A DNA stretch of 64,000 bases, taken from the NCBI RefSeq assembly GCF_964355755.1, contig NC_092676.1, positions 7,789,888 to 7,853,887 of the forward strand, in the 5' to 3' direction. The notes beneath the pieces are model-generated. The model saw only the letters and a list, made by a program, of their open reading frames with translations, was not told the origin of the DNA and did no database searches. Position 1 is the first letter of the stretch. Each line of letters begins with the position of its first letter. This document shows, piece by piece, positions 1-11,900 of the stretch. This DNA comes from Antedon mediterranea (Eukaryota; Animalia; Echinodermata). A program made the position numbers and the translations under genes.

Positions 1-2900
1 GGTGCTGATCATTGGGGACCCATTACAAGGGTGGTCCATCCAGTCAGTGCTGATCATTGGGGACCCATTACAAGGGTGGTCCATCCAGTCGGTGCTGATC
101 ATTGGGGACCCATTACAAGGGTGGTCCATCCAGTCAGTGCTGATCATTGGGGACCCATTACAAGGGTGGTCCATCCAGTCGGTGCTGATCATTGGGGACC
201 CATTACAAGGGTGGTCCATCCAGTCAGTGCTGATCATTGGGGACCCATTACAAGGGTGGTCCATCCAGTCGGTGCTGATCATTGGGGACCCATTACAAGG
301 GTGGTCCATCCAGTCGGTGCTGATCATTGGGGACCCATTACAAGGGTGGTCCATCCAGTCGGTGCTGATCATTGGGGACCCATTACAAGGGTGGTCCATC
401 CAGTCGGTGCTGATCATTGGGGACCCATTACAAGGGTGGTCCATCCAGTCAGTGCTGATCATTGGGGACCCATTACAAGGGTGGTCCATCCAGTCAGTGC
501 TGATCATTGGGGACCCATTACAAGGGTGGTCCATCCAGTCGGTGCTGATCATTGGGGACCCATTACAAGGGTGGTCCATCCAGTCAGTGCTGATCATTGG
601 GGACCCATTACAAGGGTGGTCCATCCAGTCAGTGCTGATCATTGGGGACCCATTACAAGGGTGGTCCATCCAGTCAGTGCTGATCATTGGGGACCCATTA
701 CAAGGGTGGTCCATCCAGTCGGTGCTGATCATTGGGGACCCATTACAAGGGTGGTCCATCCAGTCAGTGCTGATCATTGGGGACCCATTACAAGGGTGGT
801 CCATCCAGTCGGTGCTGATCATTGGGGACCCATTACAAGGGTGGTCCATCCAGTCAGTGCTGATCATTGGGGACCCATTACAAGGGTGGTCCATCCAGTC
901 GGTGCTGATCATTGGGGACCCATTACAAGGGTGGTCCATCCAGTCGGTGCTGATCATTGGGGACCCATTACAAGGGTGGTCCATCCAGTCGGTGCTGATC
1001 ATTGGGGACCCATTACAAGGGTGGTCCATCCAGTCGGTGCTGATCATTGGGGACCCATTACAAGGGTGGTCCATCCAGTCGGGGCTGATCATTGGGGACC
1101 CATTACAAGGGTGGTCCATCCAGTCGGTGCTGATCATTGGGGACCCATTACAAGGGTGGTCCATCCAGTCGGTGCTGATCAATGGGGACCCATTACAAGG
1201 GTGGTCCATCCAGTCGGTGCTGATCATTGGGGACCCATTACAAGGGTGGTCCATCCAGTCGGTGCTGATCATTGGGGACCCATTACAAGGGTGGTCCATC
1301 CAGTCGGTGCTGATCATTGGGGACCCATTACAAGGGTGGTCCATCCAGTCGGTGCTGATCATTGGGGACCCATTACAAGGGTGGTCCATCCAGTCGGTGC
1401 TGATCATTGGGGACCCATTACAAGGGTGGTCCATCCAGTCGGTGCTGATCATTGGGGACCCATTACAAGGGTGGTCCATCCAGTCGGTGCTGATCATTGG
1501 GGACCCATTACAAGGGTGGTCCATCCAGTCGGTGCTGATCATTGGGGACCCATTACAAGGGTGGTCCATCCAGTCGGTGCTGATCATTGGGGACCCATTA
1601 CAAGGGTGGTCCATCCAGTCAGTGCTGATCATTGGGGACCCATTACAAGGGTGGTCCATCCAGTCGGTGCTGATCATTGGGGACCCATTACAAGGGTGGT
1701 CCATCCAGTCGGTGCTGATCATTGGGGACCCATTACAAGGGTGGTCCATCCAGTCGGGGCTGATCATTGGGGACCCATTACAAGGGTGGTCCATCCAGTC
1801 AGTGCTGATCATTGGGGACCCATTACAAGGGTGGTCCATCCAGTCGGGGCTGATCATTGGGGACCCATTACAAGGGTGGTCCATCCAGTCAGTGCTGATC
1901 ATTGGGGACCCATTACAAGGGTGGTCCATCCAGTCAGTGCTGATCATTGGGGACCCATTACAAGGGTGGTCCATCCAGTCGGTGCTGATCATTGGGGACC
2001 CATTACAAGGGTGGTCCATCCAGTCGGTGCTGATCATTGGGGACCCATTACAAGGGTGGTCCATCCAGTCGGTGCTGATCATTGGGGACCCATTACAAGG
2101 GTGGTCCATCCAGTCAGTGCTGATCATTGGGGACCCATTACAAGGGTGGTCCATCCAGTCAGTGCTGATCATTGGGAACCCATTACAAGGGTGGTCCATC
2201 CAGTCAGTGCTGATCATTGGGGACCCATTACAAGGGTGGTCCATCCAGTCGGTGCTGATCATTGGGGACCCATTACAAGGGTGGTCCATCCAGTCAGTGC
2301 TGATCATTGGGGACCCATTACAAGGGTGGTCCATCCAGTCGGTGCTGATCATTGGGGACCCATTACAAGGGTGGTCCATCCAGTCGGTGCTGATCATTGG
2401 GGACCCATTACAAGGGTGGTCCATCCAGTCGGTGCTGATCATTGGGGACCCATTACAAGGGTGGTCCATCCAGTCGGTGCTGATCATTGGGGACCCATTA
2501 CAAGGGTGGTCCATCCAGTCGGTGCTGATCATTGGGGACCCATTACAAGGGTGGTCCATCCAGTCGGTGCTGATCATTGGGGACCCATTACAAGGGTGGT
2601 CCATCCAGTCGGTGCTGATCATTGGGGACCCATTACAAGGGTGGTCCATCCAGTCGGTGCTGATCATTGGGGACCCATTACAAGGGTGGTCCATCCAGTC
2701 GGTGCTGATCATTGGGGACCCATTACAAGGGTGGTCCATCCAGTCGGTGCTGATCATTGGGGACCCATTACAAGGGTGGTCCATCCAGTCGGTGCTGATC
2801 ATTGGGGACCCATTACAAGGGTGGTCCATCCAGTCGGTGCTGATCATTGGGGACCCATTACAAGGGTGGTCCATCCAGTCGGTGCTGATCATTGGGGACC
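1..2900. repeat. 45-bp tandem minisatellite, about 64 copies, running off the left window edge
   Basis: Unit GGTGCTGATCATTGGGGACCCATTACAAGGGTGGTCCATCCAGTC repeated head-to-tail. The main variant is G/A at a CpG position, with a few rare single substitutions (e.g. near 1083, 1182, 2177). Confidence 0.99.
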
Positions 2901-5900
2901 CTAAACAAAATACAATTTCACATTAAAATACAACAATTAAAATAAAATTAAAATAAATAGAATTAATACAAATTTTTTTTAAATAAATAAATAATTATCA
3001 AAGTGACAATTAAAAATTTCAAAATATATACAATTCTTTTGTCTTTATATTAATTTTAAACAAATAAACAATTATAGTATCTAATAGATAATTATAGAAC
3101 TAATCAATATATTTATATTCATACAGTAGATTTTTGTTTTTCAGTGTAGAAGATGTGTTGAGATGGTCCTGGCTGGTTCATTACTCGTGCCATCATTATT
3201 TCTTCTTGAATTTTTTTCTGTTCTTTCACACGCTTTTTAAGTTCATGCTTATCAAAGCCACTTTCTTGCAACAGCTTTTCTTCAAGTTTCTGAAATCAAT
3301 CAAATACAATCATTACCACAAATTTCTTTTTATTTTTACTAATTATTTAATTTTAATTTTTTTTAAATTTCATATGCATCCAACAGTGAGAAAATCACCA
3401 ATTACATGATGGATAAACTATTCAATAATTTATCATGCTTATAAACTAAGTATCATTTGAGGCTTAGACAGTGGATTGAATAAGTTGTGTGTTACAACTC
3501 TGGAACTAGGTCAAAATTAAACTGTTGATGTTTGCTGATTTTGGTCGAAATACAGGGCTCGAAATTCAAGCTAGCAAACTAGCAATTTGCTAGTAAATTA
3601 GTCATGATTGCTAGTTGAACATTTTAAAACTAGCAAATGTTTGCTAGTTGTTATTTTACATAGGAAAGGTAGGCTTGATCTACCAATTCCAATACATGTT
3701 GAATTGAATTGAAAACAGACTAAACCTCTGTCTACACTATCAAACTTTATGTAACATAAAAATATGATGTTCCCATATATGGACATGATGTCATATCACT
3801 ACCATATTTAGACATATCACTACCATATAGGCACATCACATTTGTCACATCAAACTAATTGTAAATTAGTAATGGTATGCAATGCTAATTTTGTTTGTTA
3901 ATGAGGCTATTTTGAATATTATTGAGTTTATTATTTGTAATCTAAAGCTCTGTCTACACTATCAAACTAAAAAAAAGTGTGATGTGCCCAAATATGGTAG
4001 TGATATGACATCCATATATAGGCACATCACAATTTTTTTGTCACATAAAGTAGTAGACAGAGCTTAACAACAAAACTAGAATTGGACCATTATATCTACT
4101 GCTGTACCTTATCTTTGAGTTTCTTTTTACTAGCTTTGTCTTTTGGTACAACTAAGATGGAGTCAGGTTGATCAGTACTTTTTAGCTCTTTCCTTTTTTT
4201 GCCAGGACTTGCAGGATTCTCTGCACCCTCAGTTTTGGTCCGATTATGCTAGAAGACAAAATTAAATTATTTGAAAAACAGGCATACAATGAATGTTACG
4301 TTTACAGTATTTTTATTTTAAACACATCATGAATTCTAAACCGCCCGGTGATATACTGAAATTTAATTAATTAATTTGAAACGATTAAGATGAGGAAATC
4401 TATGAGAATGAGAAAAAGTCGCCCCAACTGCAGATTTCCTAACCATTAGACCACTGGAGTTTTCATGGTATTGTTCAAACTCGATTGGATAGCGACTCTT
4501 TAACATTCTCGGATAGATATATTTATTAATCATCATATATAACAAAAGATTCTTCTGCTTAAAAATCATTAGCACAAACAACTTTATAAAGTAAATCAGT
4601 TTGATGTAAAACCTACTTTTTTAACATAAAAAATATACAATCTTTTGTAATTCATTCATATATAGGTATTTGGCATTCGACAGTTGAAAAAAAAAAAATT
4701 AAAAAAAATTATCTGATGTATTTTAACAGTATGGTCAAGGAAATCTAACAACAGGACGCTGAGCTCGTCTTGCCAAAATATGAACTCGTAACAGTCCTTT
4801 GATCTTATGTCTGGCTGCAACAAATACCAACAGTACTGTGTTATGTACATATTCTCTGTGGCGCGCAGTTTCTGTAAGGAGAGTGGAACTGATAGTGTCG
4901 CAGCCACAGATAAACACTTTGATCTCCAGAGCTCAGCACCTTGTTGTTAGACTGCCTTGGTATGTGTGTGTAGTGTACCTTAAACCTAACTTCCTTCTTC
5001 ACTCGCGTAGGTGAAACTTCTCTACCAATGGCGCCAGTAGATTGTGAATGCTTCCCTTTTCTCTTAGCATTTTCCTTTTCTTGGTATTTTCTCTAAATAA
5101 AATGAAAAAAAATCAAAATATTAAATTCATTATCATTGGTTATCCGCACTTGGCGGATAACCTCTTGTTATTGTCAGGATCTTTTTTTTCTTTTTTTTTT
5201 TTTTTTTTTTTTCTATATTCTTCTTTCTTTCCACGAATTTTGTTCGCAGCGTATCTCTAATTCTGGCTAACAAATGATTGTATAACTTTGTCAAAAGATT
5301 GCCCTGTAGCTGTAGATGTGCAAGAAACTTTCTTTTTCAAATTTTAAGTCACGCAGCGTAAGTTACGCGCGATTTTGTGAATTTCAATGATTGATCATAG
5401 AATAAAAACTAAAAGTCGTTTTGTATTGAAACTTGGTGAAGATTTAAGTCTTATAATGCGCAAACTTTCTATGGATTAAAAATGGCATGTTTCACAAAAA
5501 GTTACGCGCGCACGCGCGTTCAAAATTTTAAAATGCGCAAAATTCATTTCTAATCAACTTTCTACGCGTTTCATGTCATTTTGAGCATTTCAAAAATTCC
5601 CACAGGTGCGCAATATTTTTACGCGCGCGTGCGCACGTACGGCAAGAACATGTTTTTTTGGCTTGATTTTTGTTTTTTCAGCCTTTTCTAGTAATTTTAC
5701 CAACTTTCAAACAATTCCGACTTAAAATCACGTCATACGAGCACGTAGAATTAAACAATTTACGCGCATTTTTGATGAAAAAGTTCAAAAATTCGTCAAA
5801 ATTATGCCTTTTTTTAAACAGTCATAGATTCTAAACTACGTGGTGAACTTTTTTAAAATTACATATTCTGAATGTAGATGAGTTTTAGATATAGAATCAT

Positions 5901-8900
5901 GGATCGATTTGGCTAACGGGACATTGTGACGTCATCATATGGCCACACGAATATCAAATATAGCCCCATAAAAAATGAGATCGGGATCCCGATCGGGATG
6001 CGGTGGAATCCCACCGGGATCGGCCGATCCCGGTGGGATTAGACGATCCCACCGGGACGAACTCGGGATTTTTTTTTCGCAATATCGGGATAGACGGGAT
6101 TTTTTTAAGAATTGCGGGATTTTGTACGCAATATCGGGATCGTGTTTTTAGACTGCGGGATTTTGTACGCAACAACGGGATTGGCGGGATTTTGTATATA
6201 AAATTACGGGATTTTGTACGCAACATCGGGATTTTTTACGCAACATCGGGATTGTGTACGCAACATCGAAATTGGCGGGATTTTGTTTATAAAATTACGG
6301 GATTTTGTACGCAAGATCGGGATTGGTGGGATTTTGTTTATAAAATTACGGGATTTTGTACGCAAGATCGGGATCGACAGGATTGTGTTTGTAGACACGG
6401 GATTTTGTACGCAACATCAGGATTGGCGGGATTTTGTTTGTAAACGTACGGGATTTTGTACGCAACATCGGGATTTTGTACGCAGTATTTTAATTTCATT
6501 GGGTAATACAGTAATTTGTAACAGATGGTAAGTTATTATTTTATTACAGTTAATGTTGTTTTTGCTTTGAATTGAGTTATTTTTGTTTTAAATACATGTA
6601 CTAATGATCAAACCAGCCGTGCATTCCTTTGTACAATAGTATTAATTCTAAAGACAATTTACTTTATGTACCGCACCTTTTGCTGCGCCGCCACGGCTAC
6701 TTTGATCGTTATATAGTTAATCACATTATTATATCATTATTAACACCTCATCTTCAGTATACTAACAACGAGTTGATTTCTTATCGTATTATTATCATCA
6801 CACTTACCTTACTATGTTTACGTTTTACACCATACCTTTCGATTAACATGTTTATGACCAAGTTGAGTTGTTTTAATATGTTGAGGGTATTACGCTATTG
6901 GTTTACCAGCTGATGAGTGCAATATGCACTCCTGCATAGACAATGCATGTTTCGTTTTATGCAGGAGATCCGATCAATAGTTACCTCCAATAACATTAAG
7001 GATCGAAACAGCCATGCATCATCAATAGTAAGCTTTTATTTTAAAAACATTTATGAGGTATTTTCTGAATTGTTTCCAGCAAAGATTAATTATTTATAAA
7101 ACACATGATGATGATGGTGATGGCTGTCCTGGGAATAAACCCAGTTTTTTTTAATACTAATTTGTTAAAAATAATGTTTAAACAAATCCTGCAATTTCTA
7201 AGAGGTTGCTGTACGTTCACAGCAACCCAAGTGTCTTGCTGCAATGAATATACCGTCCAATGGCCCGGACGTAGGCCTACGTCTTGAAGTGCTTTGAACG
7301 TTTAATATTGAATACGTTATTAAATGAATAAAATGTTGATGTTGTCATTGACTGTTATAGCTTTATTCTAGAATGGTAATTATTATAGTGAAATATGCAG
7401 ATTACACAGGTATATAGAAATGAATTTGCTAACTGGTGCAAAACAATTATCTCGATATTATAATAAAAAGACAAATGAAATGATTTTTGACTTTCGTACC
7501 TAATATGAGATTGATCCAATCACTAAAAGGAGAAAATTAAGAGTAGGCCTAATCGTCTTGTATCCGTCATAATAAATGCAACAGGGCGTATTAATTTGTC
7601 AAAATGGCAAAAGGAATTTTTTTTTTTGTATTTTTGTACATTGTTTTTTATTTTCCATTTTAATATATATATATGAATGTGTATTAAATGTGTATTTTCT
7701 AGTGGAAAAAGAATTATTCGAATAAACGCCCCGCTTTGAATAGGGAACCACTCCACTCCTCAATAGAACATCTTGGAATAAACGTACACGGACGTTTATT
7801 TATTTAATAATAAATACACAATATTTTATTTGTAGTAGAATTCATTTATCTACAATTTACCAAGCATATCTAGGGGTTGATTATACATATACCATGTTAT
7901 TACACCATACGCCTGAAAGTGTCAACATAGAAAGGAATGCTGCAGTCTCCTCGTTCAGTTCATTCACAAAGTCACGTGGTCTGGCTTGTTGGACGGCTTT
8001 TTGTCGGCATCTCTTTGTGTAGAGCAGGTACCAAGATCTATATTTAGAAACTGACTCGACTCTTTAGGCGTGGGAAGTTCTAGCGGAAAGTGGTTGTCTT
8101 GACGACATAGAAAGGAATGCTGCAGTCTCCTCGTTCAGTTCATTGAAAAAGTCACGTGGTCTGGCTTGTTGGACGGCTTTAATTGTCGGCATCTCTTTGT
8201 GTAGACTGTAAAGCAGGTACCAAGATCTATATTTAGAAACTGACTCGACTCTTTAGGCGTAGGAAGTTCTAGCGGAAAGTGGGTGTCTTGACGACAGCTT
8301 TAAGCATTCATTGTTTTATGGAATGGGATTTCCTAAGTAAAAACCCTTAAATTTACAATTTTGTTTGTATTATTTTGACATAGGCCTAAGATTAGTACTC
8401 CAGAGTAACAGCATCACACCAGGAGTTGTAATTAGACACGTTAGTATGGCCTGTAATTAATTATCATAACAAAATAATAATTTTAAGAACGTGCTTGTGA
8501 AAATAGCACGCAGCGCGCGATGGGAACTTGCGTACGCACGCGCGCATCTCTTTCCCGCCTTGATTTAAATTTGTAACCAGACCACAGCAATTCTGGCCGG
8601 CTAGCGATGACGTACAACGCATTCAAACCGTAGGTGTTTTTGATAAATTCATAGATTTATTCGTTGTGATTATTTATTAATTACACCTTATTGTTATACC
8701 CTATCATAGTGGCTCCTTTAGTTGAAATATAGGGCCTAGAAGCTCATATTTGTGGAGCATATATTGCAAGTCAAAAAGTACAGTATTTTAGCCTGCCTCC
8801 TCTCCTTCCTCATCATCAGTCTAGCCTACAACCGGCCCCGCCCCCGTGCGTCGTAGGCCTCCTCCCTCCGCCTATTTGATACTAGGCCTTTGATACTAAG

Positions 8901-11900
8901 CTTTAATAGGCCTATATATTACAGTATTGTTATTTTGGTCTCTCCAGACACAATGGGAAAACTATTTTGTGCATATTAATTAATAAATGTTTATCGTACA
9001 CCACCATACTTAATAATATTATGAATATTGCTTTGTGTAAAATTAAAAAGGACTTGAACTCGGAGTCAACAGGCAGATGAGAAGTACTAATAGGCCTAGT
9101 AGTAGTAGGCCTATTCCTATCAATATCTATAGCCTAGGCTAGGCCTAATTCGGAAAAATTGAGGATCCGATGAATGATGATGAAGAAGGAACAGGCAAGC
9201 TAGGATTAGCCTACTACTAGACCTATAAATGAATGGGTAAACTAGGCCTATAAATAACACGATCAGAATATTTATGATTGTAAAGGGGCAAAATATTTTC
9301 TAAGGTAAGTTATACTTAGGCCTATAGGCTATCTATTTAGAATTTGAAGGATTATTGTTTTTAAAAGAAATGTAATTACTAATTGTAAACGTATAAACGG
9401 TAAACAAAAAAACACATACGTATCTGATTAGGCCTATATATAATATATTGCGCTTTTCGTTATATTTGTAGGAGTCATTGCAAAAACAACATTAGATGAA
9501 AAACACTTTTTGAAATTGAAATGGGTTTATCCCAGGACAACCATATCATCACCTTCATTTAATTTGTTTAGAAAATGTTCGAAAATTACTTTTTAAAAAG
9601 TGTTGTTTTACATTAATTACTGAGAATTTATTAATTGGAAATATTATCGATGATGTTATGGCTGTTTCGATCCTTACAGTTAGGGAGGTGGCTATTGATT
9701 GGATCTCCTGCATAAAACGAAACATGCATTGTCTATGCAGGAGTGCATATTGCACTCATCAGCTGGTAAACCAATAGCGTAATACCCTCAACATATTAAA
9801 GCAACTCAACTTGGTCATAAACATGTTAATCGAAAGGTATGGTGTAAAACGTAAACATAGTAAGGTAAGTGTGATGATAATAATACGATAAGAAATCAAC
9901 TCGTTGTTAGTATTACTAAAGATGAGGTGTTAAATAATGATATAATAATGTAATTAACTATATAACGATCAAAGTAGCCGTGGCGGCGCAGCAAAAGGTG
10001 TGGTACATAAAGTAAACTGTCTTTAGAATTAATACTGCTGGTACATGTATTTAAAACAAAAATAACTCAATTCAAAGCAAAAACAACATTAACCCTAATC
10101 AAATAATAACTTACCGTCTGTTACAAATTACTGTCTTTCCAATAGCTTAATACCCTCAACAAGTTAACAAAACTCAACTTGGTCATCCAATATCGTAAAA
10201 ACAATGAAAACCTATTCAATAATATAAAAAACTCCAAAGTGTTGTTTTAACTCGTTATTAAATCATAAACAACAAATCATAAAAGATGGAACACTGATAA
10301 TAATGCCGGATGAGTATTGCAGAGGGTTTTGAAAATCTCATATTTTTTGGCTATATTGTATTACTATGACATATTATCCTACATCGGCAGATCGGTGTTC
10401 AATCATTTACGATATTAATACAAATAATTATTTAGTAAAACAAAAAACTTATCACATATTTTATTCTGAAATAAAAGAAAAAAATATCAGACAACCAAAA
10501 TGTTGCCAATTACTACCGATAACAATGAATCAGTTTAATCATCATTTTAGTGTAAGATTTAAGCACAATATTACCGTAATGAAATTTGTATATTTACTTT
10601 TATAACAGATTTCTTTTAATTTCTAGATGTCTTTCCTTCATGGCGTAAAGAGTTCGGTAGAATCACAGTATTTCAGAACGGGAGTACCGACCAGGATTTT
10701 CTATTTATAAGTCTAAATTTTGGCGGGATTACATGTATTCGGCATAGTCGTCTTAAATTTACATCTCGATTTTTTGGCGAAATTTTAATTGGGATAATGC
10801 GCAAAAACGAATTTTAACCGGGGTATCGATCGGGGTTCTTGGCGGGATCCCGATCGATATCCCGGTTAAAAATCCCGTTCGTTTTTGCGCATTATCCCGA
10901 TTACAATTTCACCGATGATCGACCGAAATTCCCGACCAAAAATCCCGATTTTTCGTGAATCCCGATAAAAATCCCGATAAGGAATGAGTAATCGGGATTC
11001 CCAAAAGATCGGGACGTCGTCCGGGACCCCGATATTTTCGACCGAAATTCCCGACCAAAAATCCCGATTTTTCGTGAATCCCGATGAAAAATCCCGATAC
11101 GGGATGGGTAATCGGGATTCCCAAAAGATCGGGACGTCGTCCGGGATCCCGATATTTTCGACCGAAATTCCCGACCAAAAATCCCGATTTTTCGTGAATC
11201 CCGATGAAAATCCCGATACGGGATGGGTAATCGGGAAATCCCAAAAATCGGGACGTCGTTCGAGATCCCGATATTTTCGACCGAAATTCCCGACCAAAAA
11301 TCCCGATTTTTCGTGAATCCCGATAAAAATCCCGATATGGATGGGTAATCGGGATTCCCAAAAGATCGGGACGTCAATCGGGATCCCGATATTTTCGACC
11401 GAAATTCCCGACCAAAAATTTCGGTCGAAAATATCGGGATCACGGCGAGATCCCGGCGGGATCCCGACCGTGATATCGGCGGGATCCCGGATGTTTTTTC
11501 TATAGGGAGGATTTTTGTCTCTTTCGTCATAGCTCATCACATTAAATATAGCGCATCTCCACTTATTTGTATTCCATTTCCCCCCATTTTTTTATGTTGT
11601 CTAAGTTAATCAATTATCTTTCGCACGATTCACAATTTTAAAAATTGTGATGACGTCATCATGTTCAAAAGCGTCAATAACTTTGGTCACTTATTTTCAC
11701 CTATTCTGCACTGTATGTAGTACGTATACAGTATATAGTGTATACCGTATATACTTAGACGTGACGAAAAATAGAGAGCACACTGAAATTGTTTCAATGC
11801 CTTAATCGTTTTTCTGCGCGCAATATTCTAACGTATGACGTGCACGTGGCCTTTGCTCTGCGGATAACCTAACTCGTCCGTAGTGACGAGTTCAAATCTA

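Noticed and set aside
1-2900. CRISPR array
   Set aside because: No unique spacers, no cas genes, eukaryotic context.
2-2926. 974-aa and 957-aa plus-strand ORFs
   Set aside because: By-products of a 45-bp unit (multiple of 3) lacking stops; antisense to ANKRD6 with no supporting gene structure.
5954-11540. ORFs in CGGGAT arrays (6003-6531, 10866-11540)
   Set aside because: Several overlapping frames are open only because of low-complexity subterminal repeats.
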